DNA from: Raillietiella orientalis
Taxonomy: Eukaryota
Assembly (NCBI GenBank): GCA_036172245.1
Contig: JAYWIR010000033.1
Span: forward strand, 2,046,001 to 2,110,000
DNA length: 64,000 nt
Direction: 5' to 3'
The translations under genes and the position numbers were made by a program. Numbering within the stretch: the stretch's first letter is position 1; each line of letters begins with the position of its first letter. This document shows, one piece after another, positions 11,740 to 23,265 of the stretch. A model generated the notes under the pieces. That model ran no database searches. It was not told the origin of the DNA and saw only the letters and a program-made list of their open reading frames with translations.

Positions 11740-14700
11740 TTCATTTATTCATTTAAATAAATAAAAATCCTGGTAACCATGGCTGAGAGATCACTCCGAA
11801 GAAAGACAATAACTTAATAGAAAAACAAGGAAGAAAGGGTGCATTGATTCTGATCAGCCTGATCAAGGTGCTGAGAGCTCCTTGGTGGTTCCTGTTTGTA
11901 CATGTGTCTCGATTCTTCTGGTTGCTTTCCACAATAAGGACTACCATTGGGATAGTCGTCCAGTCTTCCCTTGCTGCTGGCTCAGTCCTCGTGCTATTCA
12001 GGGTCACACCACATTGCCACGAACGCGAGACAGCATTTGAGACCACAGAGGCAGGCAGCAGCCCACTCCGCATGAAGTGCCGACGCAGCAAATCTCTCGG
12101 AGTGCTCTCCGTGGACATGGGTGCTGCACTCCCATCATAGCGAAGGGCACCTCAGTTTCATAAGCAGGCGCAGGAACGATTCGACCAACCAGAGGACGTC
12201 TTATTTCGGGGAGGTAGTTTCCCCCCAAAGGGGTATCGCCCTTCATTTTACTAGGGTGCCCAGTGCAAAAAGTGCTATACTTCGTGCTGCTATTTCACAG
12301 GAAACACCAAAGAGTCGATGCACGAGGAAGGAACCACAGGTTTCTCTGTAGTCTCCCTCTTATTGCTGCTCAAGGACACATATTCCTGAACACGAAACAA
12401 AACCCAATCTGGTTTTCAATCTACAAGGAATACTCGAATATTGATGAAGGTAACTCATGGATGCTCAACGATTTCCTTGCCTTTCATCCTCAGTATAGAG
12501 CACATAATGAGCAAACTGTCAGAGTCTGCCTAAGGAAACTGTATCCTTCCTTATGCAGATACTCGCACCTTCAGGTGGTCGAGGACTCGCGACCGACACC
12601 GCAAGTGTACTGTCTCGAACTTTGAGGCAGCACAACCTGACATCGCTAAGTCTCTTATATTCGTCTCAAAAGAACAAGCCATCCCTTCTCTTCAGATTCA
12701 CAGTTGGTGGAAAACTGTCAAGCTGGTACACCTTTTAGACACTCGTCAAAGCATCGGCTGCTATCCAAGGCAGTTAGATCATTTGGGCCCGCGTTCTCTC
12801 CATGGTAAAAAATGAATGCCCTAAGAATCCCCCATTTCCCGATTTTGAGCCTGATGTGGAGTTGAGAAAGAGGACGTCCGAGAGCTTCTCCTTCTGGGGT
12901 GCTGTCTCAGAGAGTACCGAGGGACTCCAGCTTCCTCCCCGCGCATCATCCACGTGGACGTGACTTTCCCAGTGGCCGTAGTAGTGCAAGGCTTGTACCA
13001 CCAGCTGCTTTCCTACCTGAAGACAAGACTCGGAGTTCCAACGATTCTGTGCACGTTCAAACCATCTGGAGTGCTCAAGAAGGCTTGGGTGCTCATGAAG
13101 TCCAACACATCAAGAGCAGTCCAAACTTGTCCAGCAGAACAGCTAACGAGTGCATTATTCTGAAATAGGACAAGGCAAACTTCGCAGTGGGGAGCTCTTG
13201 GAATCGCACAGTCATGGTGCACTACAATCGTACAACTCCCAAATTATCACCTCTTTGCTGTTTTACCACAGAGATGATAAAGAATTCGAAAAGAATGACT
13301 GCAAAGCATCGGTTTCTGGAGAGGATTCCATCCGCTGACGGAATCTGGTATCGCAAGGCGAAGAACATGTGATCATACTCGACAAATCCATCGAAAGAAC
13401 TTTAGCTCACCTAGGAAAATACAGGAAGGAGAAGTTTGAAGTAGGCTCAGCGTTCACCGCTCAGCGCCTAGGTACGAACCATCGTCACAGGATTCATCGG
13501 TGTATGGAACCCAGGCAATGACCAGATGCTGAAAGAGTTCAGGATCAAGGAAGGAAACTTGTCCAAAGGACAGTTTCTTTCCTCTCCACAGGCACCTTCT
13601 GCCAGAAATTTTCCTGCAAACATTAGTGTTTTTGCAGTAAAAAAAAAACTCCCAGCTTGCCAGTAGACATCTGCTCTCTCTTGCTCAAAAGGTCAACAGC
13701 CTTGCGAACTCTTTTATGCATGTGTTTAAGGTGTCCTTGTCGTCCTCATGCAGTTATTCTTCAGCGGTTGACCCTCTCTACTCTGTTGTGCTTGCTAGAA
13801 ACTCCGTGATGGTTTCTCGTCTGGCCACCGCCCCGGCTTGGAAGATGGCAACTTTCCTCGGAAGCAGGAAACCTGCTGGTGCTCGTCTGAGTGGCAATGA
13901 TGACACTGCTCTGGTCTCCCGGATCCGCAGCTAGGAGAGGAACTCTACGGGATTCTGTGGGTAGTAATGCCTCTTCCACAGGAAACCCTTTATCTCCAGC
14001 ATGACTACCTTGCACCATTTCCCGCAGCTCTCGACGGACCTGGGTTAAGAGAAAATGTCTTTCACCCTCTCCAAACGTTCACCATGTGCTGAGGTTTTCC
14101 TAAGTGACCTACTTAGCACTCTGTAGCTAAAGCTGGATCAGAGGCATCGTGGATTCCTCGTCTGAACCGTTAGTCTCGTATTTCCTCGGATCAAGAGTTT
14201 GCTCCTGCTTTTCTTCCCTCTGTAGATATGGATCGTTTCCCCCTTAAGCAGTGATAGAAACGATTTTGAGCCTCACTTTTCAAAAGCCTCCAAGCTTCTG
14301 AGAAGCCTCCTAGTTGCGAAATTCTGGCTTCTCACCCGGAGGCAGGGCAGTTTTTCTGCGACTCCAGTTTTCCTTTGGACAGAGAACATAGAAGAGCCTA
14401 TTCCGTTGCTTTCTTTTTTTGTTTGCATTCTTCTCCATCCTAGCAGGAAAACCAGTTGCCACAATACCTACTTTGAGAAAAGTTGCACTGATATGCGAAG
14501 AGTACCACAGTACTTCCAGGAGGCAGGTCCACCCTCCCTCTTGTCCAAAAGGCAGTTTCCCCCCTTGAGTTGCTTCCGAAAGGCACCGTTCCTCGAAACC
14601 GTCTACTGAGAGAAGGAAAAAAACTCATCTCTTGAGGACTATAGGAAGAAATGGAGAACAATCCATGCAAGTATGCTGACACCCACTCAAGTACTCTTCC

Positions 14701-14870
14701 AGCGCAACCGTCACTTCGGAATTGTCGGTCTTCGTAGCTGTAGGCGGTGCCGCAACCCCGTGAGCCAGTGAATTTCACCCACCAAGGAAACCTCGCCTCT
14801 AGGTTCTTAGACTGCAGGCTGAGAGAATCCGTTAATAAGGTACTGTTAGTGCGGATCCCCTAGAATTCCG
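11740..14870 (-). mobile_element. Near full-span decayed LINE ORF2 (APE, RT, zinc finger, 3' end)
   Basis: In order on minus: GSRGCG...DGCAGRVLEWVSAY (APE-like), HHDCAIPR, LDFMSTQAF (LDFEKAF-like), QKEKLSDVLF, RDLLRR...WQCGVTL (zf-RVT-like), AT-rich AATAAA terminus near 11745. Confidence 0.6.
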
Positions 14871-15120
14871 CAAACATCCGATCGCAAAACCTACCTTGTT
14901 TTTGGCAGAGGGGTGCTGGAAGAGCGGATATATACCTGAGCGCTCGTGGTTATCAAATAACATTTTCCCACTCTTCAGAAATTGAACTTGAAGAGCAGCG
15001 GTCGGCAAGCATTCGCAACAGGCCATATGTGGTTCTAAAGACAAAAAGTTTGCAAGTACCCCAAGGTTGACTCACATCATATCAACACTGCGGAATGGCG
15101 AAGTGAGTGAGTTATCCGAC

Positions 15121-15280
15121 TTCGTGCCGTTACTTCATTCTCATTAACCACCAACAATGCGATTTTCCACTTTCAAGCCATTGTCGGCTATTTTTGGAAT
15201 TTCGTGCACACACCTCATTCTCATTAACCACCAACAATGCGATTTTCCACTTTCAAGCCATTGTCAGCTATTTTTAGATT
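15121..15280 (+). repeat. Tandem duplication, 80-bp unit x2
   Basis: TTCGTGC...TCATTCTCATTAACCACCAACAATGCGATTTTCCACTTTCAAGCCATTGTC(G/A)GCTATTTTT starts at 15121 and 15201. Confidence 0.95.
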
Positions 15281-15599
15281 TCTAGCTGCTCGCTAAGGTG
15301 ACTGGCAGCGTTTCTGTTCCTCTCATACGAGTTTCCTGTGCAAGATTTAGAAGTGTTACCGAACAAAAATTGGGAATCGCATCCGCACTATTAGAATGTG
15401 ATTTTTTTCATGTCCGCCCAAGCCGATGCAGTGATAGATGTGATGATTACTTTTTGCTAGCCCGTAAATGAAGAGATGCTTCAAGAACGTTCGTTATCAT
15501 GATGTGTTGGACAAACCATCTGGGAATATTGAAAAGACAGAAATGAATGCCTTATCTTCAGAATAAGTTCGAACATCTACAAACCTATCAGTACATAGG

Positions 15600-16150
15600 C
15601 TCTGGCTTTGCGAGTGCTTGTCTACATGGACATGTGACGCTATATGAGTTTTTGATTTGAATTTTTTCATCACGTGATGTTTCCGATCAACGGAGGTATT
15701 ACCGGGTGTACACTCATGTACCTTTGCGAAAAGCCAAGGAAACAATTACAAATGCGTTCGAGTTCAGGATCGTCTTTTCTACGAAAGGATAATCAATCCT
15801 ATCACTCGAACCTACGCACTTTTGCCATTCGTCTTAATAAGGCTTTATTCGATGATGAAACGGGCTCTGACTCCTGAGGGACTAAGTGCCCTCGTTCCCG
15901 GCACTAGGCAACCTTTTTGCCTTAATTGCCTGTGGGCTTAGCCCCCGCTGCCGTAGATTCGACGCACCTAGGGCGAAATCAGCATCGCAACGCGAACTGA
16001 TTTTCGGAATCGGGAAACTTAGAGGGAGTTTCGCTGATGACATTGCAGCTCGCAATCTGGAATGTGGACGTTTAGAAATGAAATGGAGCATTAGGACGTG
16101 GGCACTTCCACTTGTACGCATTCGGGAAATTCTTTCACGAGTTTTAGTGC
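15600..16150 (+). mobile_element. LINE RT core fragment
   Basis: LNKALFD (KAFD-like), PSFPALGNLFAL (PLSPxLF-like) and GSFADDI (catalytic FADD) in ORFs 15674..15877 and 15886..16155. Confidence 0.6.
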
Positions 16151-19100
16151 TATGAGGGAATGAGTATGTTTTTCCTTGCGGAGTCGGAAGTCACCAAGCT
16201 CGGTGCAAAGATCAAATTTCCCAGAGCAGCCAGTAGCCCGCAGCGCCCACGGCCGCCCAACAAATTGCTCCTATAACTGCAGTGCACCCAGTTTTCTTAA
16301 TTTGTACTATGGGAAGATGCTCCGTACTGTACGATGCACAACGAAGAGTAAGTAATGCTGGATGAAGAACGTGCATGGATGACATTATTCGTGAATACAA
16401 GCCATGCATACCATGTTGTACGAGAATTCAAAAGTACATAGCAAAACGCTGCACAATGCATGAAGAAAGTATAACACATATGGCACATGGAATGCGAGGA
16501 ATGATTACTGTATTGCAAAAGGCGGGATAGTCTACTAGACAAAAACAGCGCTATGAAATGTGAACTATTCATTGGATATATTGGTACATGTGCGCAATCT
16601 AAAGAACGAATTACTCCATACTAATGAAAGGGAAACGTTTACGAAGCGGACATAAGTGCGTCTAGTGAACGGGAATTCCATAAAGCATAAACTAAGCACA
16701 ACTTCATCTTTCTGTTGGGGTTTATAAAGCATTTTGAATAATGAGATTGGAATCCTTTTCATAGCGCTGTGCTGTTGTTTTCCTCTACGGCAGTTGACCT
16801 ACGATGTTTGCGCTTCTTGGAGGTCCACTCTTCTTTCGAGCCGAGATGAATGGCAGAGATTCTTGGGAAACGTGGCGCAGATTCGAGTTGAAGTGGGCAA
16901 AATTAGCTCCAGCAATCGAACTGGTCGCGTGCTCACCAATATTAGGTCTTGAAATTTGCCTGCCCTTCTTCGAAGATCTCCTTATGAGTTCGGGGCAGGA
17001 AATGCTTATTCCCATGAAAGTCGCTTTGGGCTGTCGTGGCATTAATGTCGCAGAGCAGGAAGGACGCTTCCGAAAACTCTCCGATTTCTATGGTCCTCTT
17101 CTTGATTTCCATGGTTTTTGAATGCCCTCATCAGTGCAAGTGACCATCTTTGAATTGAAGTGAATGTGGTCCCTCATTGGATTCTGGAGAACACGAAGGG
17201 TAATGATTTTTTCCCTTCTGTCTCTCTCTCTGCAGCAGCAATCCAAAGAATCACGGTGTAACCGGTTTGTGCCTTGCCGTGACGTGGCATCCTTTGAATT
17301 TTCGACTGCAGCGGGAATTTAAGAGGTGTTGGAAATTGGTGCTTTTGTCTCCATGGACTTCAACCTGGGCGCTTCCGATATGCAACTCTTGTGCTTCGGA
17401 CGGTTAGCTCGCCCGTTGATGGAAAAATAGAAATTCCTCGAAAAGCGCTGCACTGGGAAAATCTTAATCTGAGAAGTTTTCCATCTCGACGCTTCTGGTG
17501 AATGATTTCCAAAGCGCCATCCAAGTGACCGGGGATTCAGCTAAGTAATAACGCAAGTGCAACTGGGAAATGGAAAAAAGCATCAGAGAGCAAAGATCTC
17601 GAAAATTCGAAAGTTGAAACAAAGCTTTGGCGTTAAGTCATTTTTTTTAAAAGCATTTTTTAAAATCTCCTGAGGAGGTCCGTGAGTACAATCCGTGAGT
17701 ACCGATGGAAACTTGGCTGAGATACTTCCTTATCACGTGTGTATGCAATGTGACCTTTGTTTATCCTCATCGGAACAGAAGGATTATGCGTGAGTTCTCC
17801 CCATAACCCCGATCTGAAAAACGCGCGTCTCCACATTTTGTTATCCATGAATTTGGCGTAAGTGAACGACTCCTAGCAACAGAGATGTGGATTCTTCTCG
17901 GCTCTCTATCCATAATCCGCACTGTATATAAACCATGCACAGATGATTCACCTCATGGATTTCCAGCCCGGAAGCTGCTTGGTACTACGAACACATTGGT
18001 GTACGGGGCGCTGCCTTAGGCAAGCCGTCGGGTAGGCATGGAGGAAGGTTCCGATTTTCAACTGAATTTCTTCTTCACCTTCGAAGGCGTCATTATTTTC
18101 TGAAGATGAATTCATGGCGTCTTCGCCCTCTCCGCCTTTTAAATGCCTTACCTTAGTTTTTCCACACCATTTAACCATTCATTGGTATCTCATGACCGTA
18201 TGCGGAAATCAACTCGGAAAAAGCAAGAGGGTAATTCGTATTCGTAATTCACTCCAGTGCCGAAGAGGGAGGAAAAATTCCACTTTCGAGATGAGGACTC
18301 AGCTTTTGGGGAGAAATCCATAATTCCTCACTGGCGATGTGGAATTTTAAAGAACGCCTCCTAAGCGGTCTTCTCGGGGACGGAATTTTTCGATTCGGAA
18401 ACTCTAAACTGTTGCAGCCCCTTCCCTCTATAAACGCGTCCAGGATGAAGCTCTGCGCTTCCTAGCGAAATGAATAAACTTTTGGGCGACAGGATACAAA
18501 TTGCGACTCTGTACTTTCTTTTTCAATCCTGTCTCTGATTTCATTTCCCGGCGTGCACTCCCGAAGAAAAGTTATTTTTCTCACTTCTCCAGCCTCCTAA
18601 GAATTAGTTTCAAGCAAGATTTATTTACCGAAATTCTCATAATCAATAGGTTTCCTTATCTGACTCTTAAATACACTCATTTATCTACGTTTTGAGGAAA
18701 TATGGAAGGAATCTTTTCAACTCCTTCGGGGAATCAGCGTTTCGCCAAGAAAGATGAAAGCATTCATCAACGCTAATATTTCATGAAGCAGTGATTTTCC
18801 TTTTTATGAACTCGGGAAAATAGAGGCTAGCGCATCTGAAAGGATGAATCAGAACAGCAGAGATGCGAGAGAAAGTTGATTAAAGAAACCGTGAGATGCC
18901 TTATTTATCATGATTCAGAGATAAAAATCAAAGACTTAAAACCACTTATTAAGAGTGTACAGCAGGGACTGCAAGGAACTGATGGGTGTTTGCTTCTTCT
19001 CGGAGAGCAGCATTTCCAAATAGAGACGTATCCTTCGATGAATGATGAGTGCTTTCGCCATTCCTTCCTCATCCATCTCCAAATCCAGTTGGAGATATTC

Positions 19101-20206
19101 CGCAAAGTTGCTATCAATAAGGATTCTGCTCTCGCGAGCATAACCATGGCAACACAGCATAAAACCAAGAATCGTAACCAGGCAAGGTGGAATCCTCGTT
19201 TGAAAGAGATGTGCCCGACTTGGGGGTTTGTGGACCCTCCTGCCTCAGGCGCGAAGAAAAGTCTGCGCACCATTCGAGGTAACGGAACGTGCACTTCCCC
19301 TCATTGGAAAATAAGGGGAGGGGAAGGCCCCGGCCTGCCTTGAGAAGCACAGGGATTCGATGCATTTTCCGCACACGCGCGACGAACGCGTTCAGTTCGC
19401 AGATCACGGATTCGTTCGTGAGGAGCGACTCAACCTTTCTACGTGCGCGGTCACCTTCAGGGCACCGACCGCGTGTGCAGAAGGTGGGTAGATGCTCAGA
19501 AGATGGGTCACCGGTCGCAACTCTGTCACGGGGAGGCGTGGGGGCCTGGTGATTCAGATCAAGACCTCAGCACCGAAGCACCGGGAGTTGGTAGATTCCA
19601 ACCAGAGTGTTTCGATAACACGGTCAGAGCTAATGCCAGCTCCAGTGTTCAAGGTCGAAGGGTAGTTAATGGGGGTCGCTTGCTCCTATGGATACTTTGC
19701 CAGCGGCGTTGGAAGGAGCAAGACAGAAGGAGTGCCGGCCCAGAAATGACTGGCTCTCCATTTCGCGTACAAAGAACTGGCTGCTTCTGTAGAGGATGTT
19801 GGATCTCTGGTATGCCGGAACCCGACAGATGCTGAGGTGTTGATGGAACTGGGAACTCCCTGGAAGCACGTGGGACATTTCAGAGGGGAAATGGTGTGCT
19901 CGAACGTATAGCGTTCCCGGGACATGTGCTGGAGATGTCGGATGGGTCATCCTCCCCCGTCACTCAAAATCACAGAACGAGTCGAAGAGAAGATAGAGGA
20001 TGAAAAAATGGTACCATAATTATAGTTTACATCCTCTTCGTCCAGATTCAAATTCATCCGAGATATATTTCTCATAATTTCCAGCATCCTTCCTTATGAA
20101 TGCTACAGTAACAACCATGCAACACTGAGTTGGTAAAATCGAGTCGGATCTGTACTCGGTTCTTTGCCCCATTTTGTCTGAACAAGAGGTCGATATGGTG
20201 GTAGGT

Positions 20207-20335
20207 GGTATTCTACACATACATAGGAACCAAGACCTACTTCCACACTTCATCAATTCGCCAGTGCGCTATTTATTTATCATGTCATGTTGCATGGAGA
20301 TGGCAACACTTGCATGCACTAGAAAATGCAAATCC
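20207..20335 (+). repeat. Direct repeat left of the rRNA fragment (partner 21138-21255)
   Basis: GGTATTCTACA(C/G)ATACATA...CTTCATCAATT...ATGTTGCATGGAGA...CACTTGCATGCA...AAAATGCAAATCC in both. Confidence 0.9.
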
Positions 20336-20444
20336 TCTCGGGGTCTTTCCTCCTCCTGAGAGCACTTTGAGATTGCCAGTGCTGCAGAACTCTGTGTTGC
20401 GATTTTGAGAAATCCAGTTTCCTAGTGAGATTTCAGGAAGAAGC

Positions 20445-20992
20445 AGATCCAGAAGCAACTCCTGTTGGCGACGACGAAGCTAGAGAGAAACGTGGTGGAA
20501 GTTCGCAGCGCCCCTGACGTGCAAATCGGTCGCAAGGGCTGCCTGGAAGGGCGAAAGGCGAATAGAACCACTAATTAGTGGTTCTATTAGCTGGTGCCCT
20601 TCGAAGAATCCTGAGGATTACGTGGCTCTTGTCCAAGAGAAAGGGGAACCGAGTCTATACGGTGGAATGAATGATCAGAGACCTTGAGGCCAAAAATGAC
20701 CTCAACCTATTTTCAACCTTCAGATGGTTACGTTTTGCTTACTTGAAAACAGAGACTTGGGCTCTCAGATCCATTGGCGCGTTTCCAGTGGGTCCATTCT
20801 GGAAAGAACAGGTACGGTGAGAAGAGGCAAACACTGGGTCATGGAGCTTTTGGACGTGGATTGGCTTGGAGCTGCCGTCGGCGCAGATCTTGGCGGTAGT
20901 AGCAGTAAATACTTCAGAGATGTTCCTGAAGGTTTTACAAGGAGAGAGGTTCCGTGCAGAGGGACCCCTTGACTGTGGTTCAGTCGATCAGA
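20445..20992 (+). pseudogene. Degenerate, internally deleted nuclear LSU (25S/28S) rRNA fragment
   Basis: Eukaryotic LSU core blocks in order: GGTGGAAGTTCGCAGCG, CTGACGTGCAAATCG, GGGCGAAAG, TAGCTGGT, GAATGATCAGAG, ACCTCAACCTATT, CAGTGGGTCCATT, GCAGATCTTGGCGGTAGTAGCA, CAGTCGATC; the conserved block normally preceding GCAGATCTTGG is missing. Confidence 0.92.
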
Positions 20993-21137
20993 TCGTTCGT
21001 TCAAGTTAACAGAGAAACCCATCCAAAGGAATCAAAAGGATTCAAAATGCCACCGTGCCAAGTCTGAAAGGAAAAAAAAAGTCTTACTGACTAGCATGCT
21101 ATTTGAACCTTATGCTCGATGGAATGTTTAGGAAGAA

Positions 21138-21255
21138 GGTATTCTACAGATACATATTGAACCAAAATCTTCATCAATTTGTCAAAGCGTTGTTTATCTA
21201 CCTTATGATGTTGCATGGAGAGCCAGCACTTGCATGCAATGAAAAATGCAAATCC
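21138..21255 (+). repeat. Direct repeat right of the rRNA fragment
   Basis: See 20207-20335. Confidence 0.9.
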
Positions 21256-22539
21256 ACGACCATCCGAAGCGGGCAAGTGACCATCCGAAAAACGAGTGCT
21301 CGCAGATGCTTTCCAGAAGAGAGCTAAGTCAAATAAAGCTAACTACAAGAGGTTAGATCAATCAGATTTCATTGAGACTTTTTATCTTGGAAGCTTTCGA
21401 GATGTCTGAGGTCTTCATTGTGGTGGAGCGACTGCAAAGCTGACGCTGTTTCCGCAGCCGAAGAAGCAGCATGAAGTTGAGCAAAATAAAGGCAACATAA
21501 GAAGCTCAGCTTCAAGATTTTCATTGGCCTTCATTATGGTATTCAGGAGATGTTCCTCTTATAGTCTGTGATATGATGTAAGAAAGAAACATATGCTTGA
21601 ATAGGGCAAAAATCCTTGAAGAGAACCAAAATGGATGGGGTTTCATAAAAAGGAAAACAGAATGAAAGTTCAACGTTAGACACACGAAACCGCATGGCAA
21701 GTGCTACTGTACACAAAAGCTTGTGCATTGCATTCCTTAGCACTAGCACTACCTGCTTCTCTTATGAACCGTCCTTCCGAATGAAAGGGACTGCTTATTT
21801 ATGTCACCGTGGCTTCTAGCTTGTGATCCTTCGAATGATCCAGCGGATGCTATAATTAGTTGAGGAAAAATTGCGCTCCAAATTTTCAAATGCAAAACTC
21901 GGAAAACTCTTAATCAAGGACAGCAAAGTGACTTCGTCCTATAATTTGGTTACTGTGGCTGCGCGGAAGCTGTTTCTCGAAAACTGAGGGGCGGTACGAA
22001 CATTGCTAAACGTATGAAAATCACTCATAGGACTCACTTCTCCTCGCTGTCCACCGCAAGGACTTGAAACTGTGCCACTTACCATTCCGCAAATAATTTT
22101 TCTAGAACGGATGCTGCAAATTCTGCTGATATCGAAAGAATTCAGGAGGTCCGAAGGGACTCATTGAAAAGGTGAGCAAGCGCCCTGGATGAGATGCGGA
22201 GACACCATCCGAAGAATCTGGAAACGGAACTCAGGTCATCCATCAATTGCATAAGTGTAGTTTCTGGCAGGACGAGCAGGAGGAAACATTCGCTCGGCGC
22301 TTCTCTCAGGATCTCCCAAGAGATGATGACAGGTGGAAACTGGGCTGAAAAGTGTCTAGAAGAGCAGTGTGGTTTTCAGAGCAGCCTCCGAACCCAGTAT
22401 GCTTTGCAGTTTCTTCAGTGGACTGATTCCTGCCAAGATATGTGTTTACCATCAGCTAGAGTGATAGGGAGGTCTTCAGGAAAGATAGCTGCTTGAAGCT
22501 GTTAACCTCACTTGACCCAGAAACACAGGATTCATCCCG

Positions 22540-22680
22540 AAGAACAGCGATGCAGAGGAGATCGCAAACACCATCGGCGGATGAGGACTTGGGAGAATTC
22601 ACTTCGGCATCCGCCGGAGTGAAGCTGAACACATCCTGCGGCGACGTCGGGAGTGTTGGGACTGATGAAGGCGAGGCAGG
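22540..22680 (-). pseudogene. F-box-like N-terminal fragment
   Basis: PTLPTSPQDVFSFTP then (frameshift) QVLIRRW; shares GTCCTCATCCGCCG with the 51150 copy. Confidence 0.35.
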
Positions 22681-22749
22681 GGAGAGATGCAAATCCCGAG
22701 AGAAGAGAAACCAGAATTGCGACTGCGGATGCCATTTCGAACAAGCACA

Positions 22750-23265
22750 TGGGGATGGGGAACAGCTCCAGAAAAATGGGGGTGTGTGCTGCTGCTGTTG
22801 TGGGAAGGCCACTCCCTGCATGGACAGCATCGAGTGTTGACAGGAGACATAGACACAAGACTGCATATCTTGACGTGTCCCGCATTGCTTCGAGACTGGC
22901 TGATCCTGAAAAGGACCACTGGAAGAAACACCAGTTGTGTAATGGAAATTCTTGCCGGGGATGTCTCATCACCGCCATACTTGTGCGGTGGTGGAAGATG
23001 AGGAAAGCCAGGAGAGCCGCAACCCCGATGGAGATCCTGCAAGGACTCATCCAGAAGGAGATCGGTATCAGAAATTGTGGCAGAGTCCAGGTCTGGACGT
23101 ACCGATACATCCTGAAGAGGATTGAGGGCGACGCCCGGGAAACAACAATGAGGACCCCACCCTAAAGAAACTTTTCGTTTAAAATCCCAAACAGTGTAAG
23201 TGAAAGAGTATTCAAATTAGAAAGGAATAAATTTACCCCACCCCTTGTGGGACTTGGGGAAAATC
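22750..23265 (+). mobile_element. 3' end of LINE family B, copy 1
   Basis: TRLHILTCP zinc-knuckle tail, AILVRWWKMRK...PMEILQGLIQKEIGIRNCGRVQVWTYRYILKRIE, conserved terminal motif 23226-23262; homologous to 28840-29870. Confidence 0.75.

Noticed and set aside
16010..16035. GGGAAACTTAGAGGGAG as antisense LSU rRNA
   Set aside because: Short match better explained as RT coding sequence (GKLRGSFADD).
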